Source: Octopus vulgaris (taxonomy: Eukaryota). From it: DNA of 64,000 nucleotides. Within the stretch, counting starts at the first letter, position 1, and the number at the start of each line of letters is the position of its first letter. Under the pieces are notes generated by a model. It saw only the letters and a program-made list of their open reading frames with translations. It ran no database searches and was not told the origin of the DNA. The DNA lies in NCBI GenBank assembly GCA_951406725.2, contig OX597826.1, positions 82,832,001 through 82,896,000 on the forward strand, written 5' to 3'. The position numbers were made by a program, and so were the translations under genes. Shown here piece after piece: positions 1-12,362 of this stretch.

Positions 1-729
1 GAGGAGGAGAAGAAGAAGAAGATGGAGAAGAAGACGAAGAAGAAGAAGACGAAGACGAAGAAGAAGAAGAAGAAGAAGGAGAAGGAGGAGGAGAAGAAGG
101 AGGAGGAGGGGAAGAAGAAGAAGGGGAGGGGGAGGAGGAGGAGGAGAAGAAGAAGGAAAAGAAGACGAAGAAGAAGAAGGAGAAGGAGGAGGAGAAGAAG
201 AAGGAGGAGGGGAAGAAGAAGAAGGGGAGGAGGAGGAGGAGGAGGAGAAGAAGAAGAAAAAGGAAGAGAAGAAGAAGAAGAAGAGGAAGAAGAAGGAAGA
301 GAAGAAGAAGGAAGAGAAGAAGAAGAAGAAGAAGAGGAGGAGGAGGAGGAGGAGAAGAAGAAGAAGGAAGAGAAGAGAAGAAGAAGAAGAAGAAGAAGAA
401 GGAAGAGAAGAAGAAGAAGAAGAAGAAGGAAGAGAAGAAGAAGAGGAGGAGGAGAAGAAGAGGAGGAGGAGAAGAAGGAGAAGAAGAAGAAGAAGAAGGA
501 AGAGAAGAAGAAGAAGAAGAAGAAGAAGAAAGGAGAAGGAGAAGAAGAAGAAGAAGAAGAAGAAGAAGAAGGAGAAGAAGAAGGAGAAGAAGAAGAAGAA
601 GAAGAAGAAGAAGAAGAAGAAGAAGAAGAAGAAGAAGGAGGAGGAGGAGAAGAAGAAGAAGAAGGAGAAGAAGAAGAAGAAGAAGAAGGAGGAGGAGGGG
701 AAGAAGGAGAAGAAGAAGAAGAGGAAGAA
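1..729. repeat. (GAA/GGA)n purine microsatellite
   Basis: Almost pure GAA/GGA triplets; explains the poly-E/K/R ORF 22..732. Confidence 0.98.
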
Positions 730-733
730 TAAT

Positions 734-863
734 AATTAACAAGCATATAACGTGTCTGTATTGTGTAACTTGATAATTCCTCCAAGCATTCTATAGCACA
801 ATGTAAAGAGTGTTGGATAAACGGCAGAAGAAAGGAGAATGTATTGATAGACATTGGCGCTCT
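734..863. repeat. 130-bp dispersed duplicate of 22718-22847
   Basis: aattaacaagcat...gcgctct identical except 4 substitutions by eye; both copies directly follow a GAA tract. Confidence 0.92.
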
Positions 864-869
864 GTTGGG

Positions 870-1116
870 CGGCGCAGGAATGGCTGAGGTAAGAAATTTG
901 CTGTCCAGCCACATGGCTCCAGGTCCAGTGCCACTGCACAGGCTTTCCAGATTCTTCTGAGCAGATTTGGCTGGTGGAAACTGAAAGAAGCACATCGAAC
1001 ACACACACCAACGCACGCACACACACACCAACGCACGCACACACACACACACACACATTGTATTCTTCCGTTAAGGTTGTATCAACAAAATGTAAATCCA
1101 GTGTGTATGCACGTGC

Positions 1117-1155
<39 letters not shown>

Positions 1156-1178
1156 AGTGTGTGTGTATGCACGTGCGA

Positions 1179-1210
<32 letters not shown>

Positions 1211-1430
1211 GCGAGTGTGTGTGTATGCACGTGCGAGTGCGTGTGTGTGTTTAATCCACCTCCACAGCTGGAAAACCGGTGTCGATTTGTTTAAGTTCCA
1301 GCATGTTGGTGTTCAAGTATCGGTCTTTTAAATACATCCTGGGGTCGATGTGTCCGAGTAAACTCTCGATTGTGGTGCGCCATTGTAGTCACAGTCCATC
1401 GATTTAATCAAGTAAAAGATTAAAGATAAA
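870..1430 (+). mobile_element. tRNA-derived SINE, family B (octopus OK/OR-like), with internal CA/TG microsatellites
   Basis: Head ggcgcaggaatggctg..ggtaag with degenerate B-box, ggaaactgaaagaagc block, 3' part cctggggtcgat...aagtaaaagat; homologous to 57655-60075. Confidence 0.75.
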
Positions 1431-4400
1431 GAACACACACGCGCACACAAGCACACACTCACTCACTCACACACACACGCATATATTATAAATAAACACT
1501 GTACGCATGCAATACGTATACACACGTGTGTGTGTTTGACGAATAGGAGTGACACGAAAGTAAAGTTTAACTGAAACGAGACAGAAAGAAAACCAAATAT
1601 GAAGATTAGAAAAACTGACCGATGAAAAAAAATTATGATTGATTTTATTTTTAGACGGCAGTTCGATTTGTATCAATAAAATATGTTTTCAATTCTTTTC
1701 ATCGTTTTACTTTTGATTTGCTTTTTCTTTGCTGTTTACAATTTTTTTTTTCCGCCTTTGAATTTTGATAAAGATCGGCCGAAATACTCATTTTTTCTCT
1801 TCTTTTAACTCTTTTCAGTTTCGTGCCAAATCATATCATCACAGCTCACTTTACGCCTCTACTATTATGGAAATGTTACACAGCTATTTTCCTCGCTCTT
1901 ATCGTTGCCTGTGGTCTTATAATGATGTTGTTGTAGAGTTATGCTTTTGTTGAATCTCCTTTCGTTTTCATTCGTTTCCTTTTTTTTTTCTTCTTTTGCT
2001 TTTCCATCTTTGCACATGTACTATGATGATAATATGCAGTTATCACTAAACTCGACGAAGGGATTTTTTGATTTTTTTTTTAATTCGTGAGTCATAATCT
2101 CTTTCAACGGTAATGCAGTCAACTGATTTTGATTTTTATTTTGTTTTGTTGCAATTTATTTATTTATTTATTTATGGCTACCTTTTATCAATGTAGAGAA
2201 AAAACATTCAATACCACCACTCTTCTATTTCATGTCGCTTGAATTTTCTTTCTTTCATCTATTTTTCATTTCTTTTTTATGGTTAGTAGATGAACGATAG
2301 TACTGCGGTAATATATACCAGAACAATGATGAAACGAAATTTCTATTTTTTAACCTTCAATTCAAAAATTACAAAAATATTTTTCAATTCATATTTACTA
2401 ATATTATATTTAGTGTTGAAATTTAAATTTCGTTTGTCACTTTAGCACTCTGTGAACGAAAAGAAAAAATTAAACTACTATGATATAGTAGCACGTTCGC
2501 CATTGTTCTCGTCTTTGTGACAGCACAGGGTTTGAAATAAACCGGTAATTTGAATAGCTACGTTTTCTACTGATCTCCATTTACTATTGATCTTAGCTGC
2601 TCAATTAATATATACTGTAGCTTTTGCGATTCGGAAAGACACTCTATGTGACGGTTTGGTCGGGCAAAACTATCATGTATATCTTCCTCAGATAACACCC
2701 CACCGTCTTTGAATGCGATAGATTGGATAATATGGTTGAGGGTTACCTAAGCATAGGAACAAACATCATGGTCACTGTTGGATATCCTTTGAACATAGGT
2801 CTTCCCACCAAGGTGAATTTGAGGTTAAATAATATCATTAACAAATGAAGCATCGAGGAGTCAACCAGAGGAACTTATGCAGAGTCACTTGATCTGCTGG
2901 AGATGGCAAACAATTCTCCCCAACTGTCCTCACTACACTACTTTGGTCATAGCTAAGCAGCTAGAAGCAAACATAAAGATCTCTATAACAATAACTGCAT
3001 CAAGAGGGAACATCTACGAGCTAAGTATGTTATAATACAAAGAAGAATATAAAAGCATTTAATACTTTTGTCTTTGGATCTGCAAACAAAGTCGAGCTGA
3101 TCCTAACGGAAAGGCTTTTCTTTAGGTCTGTACCTTCAAAGTGATTCTGAGAGAAAGCACATGTAACTGTAACATCGAAGTAAGTAATTACCAGCTTTGA
3201 AATAACCATCCACAATCTCGAAGAAACTAGAGTTTTGTATGAAAATCTTTAACTGTTGTAGAAATACGACTGAGCGCTTCTTATTCTTAACTGCACAAAG
3301 GTGGCCGAATAGTGGTGGGGCAGTAGTGTCCCTTCAACCGATTCAGAGAGAAAGACGATGATGAAAAAACGCCACCAACGTTTCGCTTGTACTTTCACGA
3401 ATCGATTGTGAAGGGATCAAAGAAAATGGAACTTAGTACGATATTTGAACTTAGAACGCAAAGTACCGGCAAAACTACTGCAAGGTAATTTATTGAATGG
3501 AAAGAAAAAAAAAACAAGATCAAAATAAAGTAGAAGAGAACCAAGAATGCAGCGAAGGTCATAAATATACGAAGTGATTTCCATATCAATTTAGGATTGC
3601 TATGGTAGTAGGCCTCATGTTTAAACTGCAGAGCTTTTAGGTAGCTTTTAATCTTTCACCTTCGTTATGTTTGGTATGAAATAAGTATCATATCTCTGTT
3701 AAAAAAGACGCATCTAGTAGACACGACCTTGATTTCAAACTGCTGAAAAGCTTGTTTGGTCTAGGCTCGCGGTTTTATTTCACAACGAAACGAAATAGAT
3801 GAGTTTCATTTCACATTCCAGCTTATGAAATTAGTTTAACAATATTAAGCATCGATGCAACCTTAATTTGTGGTGATAGAAACATGAAAGTAAACACTTC
3901 ATTGTTCTGGAATTATAAATGATGCGAGAATCTAAAGGTTCAATGAGGCAACTAACAGCATGAACGCTGCTTGAGTCATTTGAGTCTTCAACGAAATAAA
4001 TACCTAAAAGTTTTCATGCGTCATTGGCACTGTCTAAACTATTAAACGCAGGATCGCTACGATTCGATTAGCCTTAACAGTGGAACATATTACGTAGCAT
4101 CAGCAACTGTTCGTACTTCTTGCAGGAAAATTCTGAGGTTAAAAAGAATATTGCAGAATGCTGAAATGGTGTATTTTCTTATTATGTATGCCGGTCTCAG
4201 TGTTCATCTTGCATGAGATTAAAACAAAGATATCAGAATGGGAAAACTTCACTGATTCTGTCCTCGGAAGACGCTTTCATTTCAAAAGTAGCCAAGTCTG
4301 AATATAATTGCAAATAAAAGCCAGATCACTGGACCAGTGGTTGTCGCTAGATTCTTGCTGTAGGCAAATGCTAAATTTTACGTAGAAGGTGTACTCCAAA

Positions 4401-5717
4401 TATTCTGTGGTTCTTCGGTTATGCCTTTTAAGGAGTCCTCACATTCGCTACACCCGGCTTGTAAGTAGAACATACAGCCGATTTACAGAATCTCAATATC
4501 GTCATCCTCTAAAATTCAAGCTACTTGGGGACTGTCACTGTTTTGAATGTAAGGTCGTTGTATTTGTGGCGGCTGAGGTGACGATGGCGGCAGGAAACAA
4601 GATACTGTATATTGAATATGTGTAATATCGTAAAAACTGAGACGAGATAAAAATCCAGTTTCAATAAGCTACAAACAGACACATGTATTCATATGCACAA
4701 AACGCACACAGACATAGACACACGTACACACATACACATATACATGTATTTATAATCACACATATACTCGGTATGATTAATGAACTGGTTAAGTTATCTG
4801 TAATAGAGGTTTGTGTTTGTGTGTGTGTGTGTGCGTGCATGATGCAATACCAAATCTATATTATGAGGACAACCACGTTTCTCTTTTTTCTGCCTGTCCA
4901 TCAAAATATACCCTAAGATCAAGATATATTTCAAGTAATTTACTTCCAGGAACACAATAAAAATCTGAGAATTTATTCAATTTATTCAATGAATTCACAA
5001 ATGCATAAAGCAAATAGAAAAATAAAGTTTGACCTTCATTCTGTGGTCAAAATGGATGAAAGGGAAAACGCTCAGGTGGGAATACAGAAAAGAGAAATAT
5101 TCTTGAAATAGCAACGGGTCTAATACAACTTCTCACGGTAAGACGGTTTATCCTCCCGTAAACTCATTTCGATTATTACATGCACTTCCTTCGAGAATTT
5201 GAAAATATTTAATTTTGGGTTTAGTAAACAAATTTACGGGAACATTCTATTGGTACAACAGGTAATTCTGCAGTTTGTTAAGTAAATACTTATATTTTAT
5301 ACTTTAAAATTTGTTGATAAAGTAGAAAAACGTTTATTTTATACTTAAAAGTTTGTTGATATCTTGAAACTTTTCCGATCGTGAATAAAATATAATTCAC
5401 GAACACTTATCATTGCCGCCCTCCTTAAGCTCGTAAAAAGATTTTCCCAAAGTATTTCACTAAAATCTAATGTTCAGAAAACGGACAAAATCATTGTTTA
5501 AAACATTCTTTATGATATTCATCGTCCTCCAAAACTATTACTTTACCATCTTCATGGGCGTCTTGCTTCAAAAAGCTGTTAACTCTCTTTCGAATCAGTT
5601 TGAAAATTGCCTGGTGATAATGAAAGTAACATGAATGCAGCTTAAGGAGAAATCAGCTAAGCAGGGTATACACGCGTGCGCGCGCGTAAATGTGTGTGTG
5701 CGCGCGCGTGTGTGTGT

Positions 5718-5749
<32 letters not shown>

Positions 5750-6379
5750 TGAAGAGAGAGTACTGAGTTTGCAGAATATGAATAAAATATTTTCAAAATA
5801 AATGTTTATAGTTCAGCAATATTAAAAAATCATTCATTATGCCTCTTCTGTTTAGAAACAAACTAAATTTCATTTAAAAAAGCCCTAAATCTAACACTTA
5901 AAGTGTGAACATGAAAATATGTGTATATTTCATCTATTGTTTGTACTTAAATTGAATATATTTTACATTAAAGATAACATTTTAAATAGACAAACCATTT
6001 CAATGTAAAATCTTACAGTTTAGTTATTATATTTTGTGGAAAACTGAGGAATTACAAGAAGCCACATGTTTAACTGAAAACGTTATGTATTTTATGTAAG
6101 ATATGAAGAGTGGCGTGAAACGCAAGCACTGCTGCAGATTTATTGCCCGCTTACACAGAAAGACAGACGATGGCAATTTCCAGAAAATTGCGATAGTTGG
6201 TTAGTAAATTTGCTAATACCACTGTCTCACAACATCTATAAACTTGGACAGTTCAGTTCATCTTGACCATCGGCGGGCATGAGTTGTAATTTTTAAGAAA
6301 GGAAACACTGAGTTTATCCCAGAAACCGCTATTATTGGAAATAAGAAGGTGAGGCTTGTGTAGGATGGAAGATTGAGAA

Positions 6380-7165
6380 GATAAAGCGATGTACAAGGAT
6401 TTGAGACTGAAAGAACCTGGAAATAGGTGGATAAAGAAAAGAATGCATGGAGAATTTCATAGGGAAGATAAGACAGACAGAGAAAAAAGATGGCTATGGA
6501 TGACTAAAAGTGATTTAAAACTGGAAACGGAGGCTCTAATCTGTGCTTCCCAAGAGGAAGCACTAAGAACCACTCACATCAAATGCAGAATAGACAGCAC
6601 ATCAGAAAGTGATAAGTGCAGAATTTGTGGACAAAATGGTGAAACCGTATGACATGTTACTAGTTAATGTACGCCACTAGCACAGAAAGAATATAAGAGA
6701 CGTCATGACGACATAGCAAGGATTGACCATTGGACACTTTGTAACAAGTATGGACTTGACAGAACAAAATAGTACGAACATAAACCCGAAGGCATTATCG
6801 AAAATGATAAAGGAAAAATCCTATGGGACTCTATGATTCAGTGCGACCATGAGATATAAAATAGGAAACCAGGCTTAGTGTTAATTGAGAAAGAAAGCAA
6901 ACGATACTAGATCATAGATATATCCAGCTGACAACAAGGTATGCGATAAAGAAGAAAGAAAAGTCGATAGATATGACAGGTTAGCTTGGAACGTTAATCA
7001 GTTGTGGTCGCTGAAAAAGGTGGTAGTAATACCAATAGTTGTCAGAACCCGGGGAATATGGGTAAAAATGGAGCAAATGGGGCTGCAATAAGGGTGGAGC
7101 ACTTGTAGAAAACAGTACAGTACTGCTTGGAACTGCTCGAATCCTCCGGGTGATGCTCGAAAAAA
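6380..7165 (+). mobile_element. R4/Dong-like non-LTR retrotransposon, 3' fragment (CCHC knuckle + RLE), degenerate
   Basis: MHGEF..LKLETEALICASQEEALRT..KCRICG..ETV*H..C..LAQKEYKRRHD..KILWD..NRKP..IIDI..LLGTARILR with stops/frameshifts. Confidence 0.9.
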
Positions 7166-7189
7166 AAGGGTATGGCCTTAGTTCATAGG

Positions 7190-7762
7190 TAGTGTGGTGG
7201 GAACTCAAACCACCTTCAGTGCTTGAAAATGACCACATCTCACTTCTCTGAAACTTCCTCATTCAAACTGACAAAAAATAAATGTGAATAGGCCAGACAT
7301 TATATTGAAATACTTCAGACAAAAGTCATGTCTCCTCATTGGTATGACTGTCTCAATCGATATAAACGTATCTGTCAAGACCTACCAGAAACTGAGCAAG
7401 AATAGATTGGCTAAATGTGGAACCTGAAGACTTAAACAATACCTGTTGTCACAGGTGCCCTAGGAATGATAGCAAAAGGGTCTGATTCCTACCTAACTCA
7501 GATAGCAGGAAACCCCTGAATGGCAGAAATTCAAAAGATAATGCTCATGGGAACTGCTCATATCCTACGCAAAATACTTTCTATGTAATCTCAAATTTTA
7601 AAAGAAACTCATTATTTTCTTATGGTTTCTTAAACATTCTCTAGAACAATACTATGTGCAAAACCAAATATATGATACCCTAGGTATAACACCAACATGA
7701 ACGTCTAACTTGTTACCTCTTGCGGTCTCTGTGTGAGACTTGAGCCAACTTGCACAAATACA
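7190..7762 (+). mobile_element. R4/Dong-like LINE 3' end with 3' UTR
   Basis: LENDHISLL..IQTD..NRPDIILK..LMGTAHILRKILSM* then UTR ending in (TAA)n at 7763-7797. Confidence 0.88.
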
Positions 7763-7797
<35 letters not shown>

Positions 7798-7798
<1 letters not shown>

Positions 7799-7842
7799 CC
7801 TTTCTACTATAGGCACAGGGCCTGGAATTTTGGGTGAAGGGG
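7798..7842 (-). mobile_element. SINE family A, 3' end fragment
   Basis: tcctttctactataggcacagggcctggaatttt matches the 3' ends of the other family A copies. Confidence 0.7.
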
Positions 7843-8565
7843 AGAGCACTATAATGGCAGCGCAAGACCAAGCTTTGGCCACGAACTGTAGGGTCAACTT
7901 TTGGAATGTGGAAGTGTGTACGCTGTGCCGCATATGCAATAGAGTGGATGAAACCGTTGTCCATATCACGAACAAATGCCCTTGACTTGCACAAAACCAC
8001 TACAAATTGTGGTGACATTATTAGGTAGCGAAAGTGCTCCATTGAAAACTGTGCGAAAAGTGAGGGCTACAGAGTAGCAAGAAGTGATATGAGCACAGAC
8101 CTAAGAGAGGGGTGGAGTCGGAGACTAGCAAGATCCTCTGGGACTTCCCAATCGAAACAAATAAGGTGCTAGAGTATAATAGACAGAACCTAGTGGTGGT
8201 CGACCAGATGCACCACATGTGTTATATAGTTGATGGTGCATGCCTCTTTGACCCACGACTACTCAAGTAGGAAGGCGAAAAGAATTTATAAATACAACCT
8301 TCTGGGACCTTGGGAATAGTATCAGAAGACATCAAGAGAAATATAAAGGAAATTGGAATAAAGTGCTCAGTAGAACTGTTACAAAAGGTTTCCTGATTAT
8401 TCTGGCCGTACCAAGGAGGCCCTTGGACCTGCCAGAATAATCAGGAAAGTATTAGTTAGCTAGAAAAAAAAAACGGATAGCATTGATTTGTAGGTTGCAA
8501 GTACAAGCCTGCTACACATTTAAGACCCCAGGAGTTCCAAAAAACCTGTAGTAATAGAAATACAA
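7843..8565 (+). mobile_element. R4/Dong-like LINE 3' fragment
   Basis: ESTIMAAQDQALATN..LCRICNRVDETVVHITNKCP..KILWDFPIET..; homologous to 37628-38693. Confidence 0.88.
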
Positions 8566-8568
8566 ATA

Positions 8569-8791
8569 ATCCTTTCTACTCTAGCACAAGGTCTGAAATT
8601 TTGGGAAAGGGGGATCGTCGATTACATCGACACCAGTACACAACTGGTACTTAGTTTATCAACCCTGAAAGGATGAAAGGCAAAGTTGACCTCGGCGGAA
8701 TTTGAACTCGGAATATAGGAACGGACGAAATGCTGCTAAACTTTTCACCCAGCGTGCTAACCCCTCAATAATGATAATAATAATAATAATG

Positions 8792-8825
<34 letters not shown>

Positions 8826-8859
8826 TAATAATAATAATAATAATGCCAGCTCACCGCCT
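8569..8859 (-). mobile_element. tRNA-derived SINE family A, interrupted by an AAT tract at about 8766-8843
   Basis: Reverse strand aggcggtgagctggca head, gagttcaaattccgcc B-box region, ctggtactt core. Confidence 0.88.
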
Positions 8860-8885
8860 CAATAATGATAATAATAATAATAATG

Positions 8886-8916
<31 letters not shown>

Positions 8917-8948
8917 TAATAATAATAATGATAATAATAATAATAATG

Positions 8949-8988
<40 letters not shown>

Positions 8989-9120
8989 TGATGATGATGA
9001 TGATGATGATAATCCTCATCAGCATCATCTTCATCCTCGTCGTTGGCGTCGTCGTAGTCATCATCCTGATCAATATCCTCATCACCATCGTCAGCACATT
9101 CCTTATTGTCATCACCGTAG
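8860..9120. repeat. (AAT)n/(GAT)n/(CAT)n microsatellite
   Basis: Direct inspection. Confidence 0.95.
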
Positions 9121-9533
9121 AGCCATCTTTGGAAGCAGGAGTAGCCTCACAAGTGTTAATGCACCTGACGACGGGAACAATGGTAATTACCATCAAACTA
9201 GCGACGGAAAGTTTCTTAACAGCGAAAGTTTCTTCTGAGAAAATTAGTTGCCGAAGAAACAAACTTTAACTGCTTTCTTTGTTGAAGAAAGGATTAGATT
9301 AGGACATCACCTCCTGACAAGTAAGCAGCAGATATGACACTCAATAATAACAAACAAATAAGATTAGTACTGACCTTTAACTCAGTTTATTAAACTACAT
9401 ATATCATAATTAGTTTTCGGTGTGAGAGCCATAGAAATTACGGAACTAATTCACTCGTTCACACACTCGCCCTCTTTTGTATCACATTTTTCAAAATATC
9501 CATTCCGTTATTTCTATCTTTATCAAATTAAAT

Positions 9534-9600
9534 CTCTCTCACTCTCTCTCTTCTCCTTTTCTCTCTCTCTCTCTTTACACACACACGCACACACACACAG

Positions 9601-9638
<38 letters not shown>

Positions 9639-9840
9639 GCGTATACGTACTCACATATATGGCTATACACATACATATATACATACAAACACACTCACAT
9701 ATGTATGTATGTATGTATGTATGTATGCATATATGCATGTATGTATGTATGTATGTATGTATGTATGTATGTATGTATGTATGTATGTATGTATGTATGT
9801 ATGTATGTATGTATGTATGTATGTATGTATGTATGTATGC
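9534..9840. repeat. (CT)n, (CA)n and (TATG)n microsatellite cluster
   Basis: Direct inspection. Confidence 0.95.
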
Positions 9841-10243
9841 ATAGATGTTTGTCTATATATCTTCGTACGTATCGTATGCCCGAGAGATAAGAGCGTATAG
9901 TTAGCTGGTTAGATAAAGAGACAGACAGCTAGATAATCTCGGCCGAAGAAGCATTAAATCTTTGTCCTACATAAGACTGAGAATCAGCTTCTATCCAACT
10001 CGCTAACTTTGTCTAATATCCATCACCTGTACACAGAATTCAATTTTATACAATCTGCACTTGTAGAATCTGTCACTAAAGTAGTCATATCTGGAGAGGC
10101 ATTTCTAAGGATTGACCACGCTCTGCTACAAGAAATATTAATTCAGAAAGACATTAAATAACTAGTGAATGCGTGTAACACTTTCGTAATAAGATTTTGT
10201 GTGTGTTTATGATTATGTTTAAGTATGAGTGTTACACTACATA

Positions 10244-10276
<33 letters not shown>

Positions 10277-10454
10277 TGGGGTCTGCTTCGTTACTGAGAA
10301 GACATTTTATAAATGCAAATCATATCAGGATTATAACTTGTTTTTTCTTTCTTATATTTACACATGGTATTAACAGTGATGTTTATTATGACAATGATTA
10401 TGATAATGACGACGACGACGATGATGATGATGATGATGATGATGATGGTGATGT

Positions 10455-10664
10455 TCCTTTCTACTATAGGACCAAGGTCTGAGATTTGTGGGGAGGCGAC
10501 TAGTCGATTTCATTGATTCCCAGTGTTTCACTGGTACTTAATTTATCAAAGGATGAAAAGCAAATTTGACCTCAGCGGAATTTGAACACACATGGTAGCG
10601 ACAGGCGAAATACCGCTAAGCATTTTTCGTCCAGCGTGCTAACGATTCTGCCAGCTCACCGCCT
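10455..10664 (-). mobile_element. SINE family A, near full length
   Basis: tcctttctactatagg...ctgccagctcaccgcct, same consensus as 48015-48228. Confidence 0.9.
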
Positions 10665-10689
10665 TAAAAAAATGAACTTGAGAGTGCTT

Positions 10690-11150
10690 ATGATTTCCGG
10701 TCCCGACCAGCAAACGAGAGAGAAGAATCCCTACTCCGCATAGAAATATATGCTCAGTTCTACCGTGAAACCAATAAAGTAAATGACAAGGAAGCATCAT
10801 GGAGGTAGATCAGCAAGAGTGACCTAAAAAAAAACACTGAAAGCCTAATCCTCGCTGCACAGGACCAGGCATTGAAAAGGGGGATGTACTACACACAAGT
10901 GCAACGAACCTTTGCAGAATGTGGGAAGAGAGTCGAAAGCGTGACTCACGTTGTTAGTGCTTGTGAAAGTCTTGCGCAGAAAGAGTACAAGCGCAGACAC
11001 GACAAGGTAGCCCAAAACCTTCACTGGCTACTATGCCGGAAGTATGAATATGAGGTAACGGGTGCTTGGTACCAACATACACCAGAAAAGGTAATGGACG
11101 AAAAGGGAAGGCAAAAGTCCTCTGCGACTTTGACTTTCAGACAGACAAGA
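10690..11150 (+). mobile_element. R4/Dong-like LINE fragment
   Basis: TESLILAAQDQAL..CGKRVESVTHVVSACESLAQKEYKRRHDKVAQNLHWLLCRKY..WYQHTPEKV. Confidence 0.9.
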
Positions 11151-11206
11151 TATAGTAACCTTTAGGAGCTCCAAGAGCAGCTAATATATATATATAAACT
11201 AATTTA

Positions 11207-11380
11207 AGCTAGTTTTGCTCAGTCCGTTCCAGCTCGCATTACATAGTAAACAATGCGACCATCGATCACTGATGTGCCACAAGCAAAGTAGCCAGTTGGA
11301 AAATCTCATTCCGAGATGAGAGTAGTAACTATACTAACGAGTAAAGTTAATCAGCACCTGGCTACTTTGCTTGTTATAAG

Positions 11381-11430
<50 letters not shown>

Positions 11431-11613
11431 AAGTTGAAAATGAACTGCAATTCGTTTAGATTTTCCCTTTAAACGTTTTTAATGACAACCGGTTTCAGAT
11501 TTCTCTGGTATTCAAAAAAAGATTTTAAAAATACGTTTGAGCTATGCTGCCACTCTTATGCTCTGACTGGAATTCAAAAATTGTCTTGATTTTATGGAGT
11601 GTATATGGCTTAA

Positions 11614-11674
<61 letters not shown>

Positions 11675-11887
11675 TATAACAAGCAAAGTAGCCAGGTGCT
11701 GATTAACTTTACACGTTAGTATAGTTACTACTCTCATCTCGGATTGGGATTCTCCGACTGGCTACTTTGCTTGTGGCACATCAGAGATCGATGGTTGCAT
11801 TGTTTACTATGTAATGCGAGCTGGAACGGACTGTGGCCATTTCTCTAGCGGCCGGGTTTTCGCGACTGGGAATGAGCAAAACTAGCT
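11207..11887. repeat. Long inverted repeat (arms about 11207-11397 and 11655-11887), each arm with an internal 17-bp hairpin
   Basis: Arms are reverse complements; the left arm lacks about 40 nt; acaagcaaagtagccag and its reverse complement occur in each arm. Confidence 0.92.
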
Positions 11888-12055
11888 CAAAACCGAGTCG
11901 GAGTCGCGATCCCGTCGTCTGCTAGAAGACGGTAGGTGCTTGCTCCCCTGCTTGCAATATATACAGGATGCAGGCTGCACCAGCTGGCGGAAGATTTGCC
12001 TGGGGTTAAAACAGAAGTTACATCGAACAGCCATATCGATGTAGCGATTAACACA
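11670..12055 (+). mobile_element. Probable Penelope-like pseudo-LTR repeat, homologous (opposite orientation) to 52780-53035
   Basis: Shared blocks acatcgaacagccatat, ttaaaac, gatcccgtc, ctctagcg, gcgagctgga; contains a hammerhead-like fold. Confidence 0.55.
11854..11913 (+). ncRNA. Hammerhead-like fold with non-canonical core
   Basis: tcgcga-CTGGGAA-t-gagc/gctc-AAAA-ccg/cgg-AG-tcgcga: three stems intact, core degenerate. Confidence 0.45.
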
Positions 12056-12314
12056 AAGCCCCTCTTAATATTTTTTATCATTGTCAAAGACTATATCTCT
12101 GTATTTTAAAACATCTGTGTTAACCATTTTTGAACAACGCAGAGGTTATACAAAGCTTTACATTTTACTTTTGAAAGTCATTTTTTTAAAAAAGTGAAAC
12201 CGACCATAAACATCTTTAAAAGACCTCTGCGTTTTCAAATCCTCTCCCCTGGTTGAATTATATATAAAGCTATAAGCTTTATTCAGTTCATTCAGAGTTG
12301 CTCCTCTTAGGTAC

Positions 12315-12362
12315 ATCTCATCGACAAAAGTAAAAAAAACTCGAAACATCGATGTCTGAGAT
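12315..12362 (+). ncRNA. Degenerate type I hammerhead ribozyme (Penelope-type)
   Basis: Stem I atctca/tgagat, GAAA-catcgatg-TC; CUGANGA decayed to TCGACAA. Confidence 0.5.

Noticed and set aside
22-732. Long ORFs of poly-E/K/R, poly-N/I/L/Y, YI, CV, MYVC and LSIY repeats throughout the window
   Set aside because: Pure translations of microsatellites; no evidence of being coding
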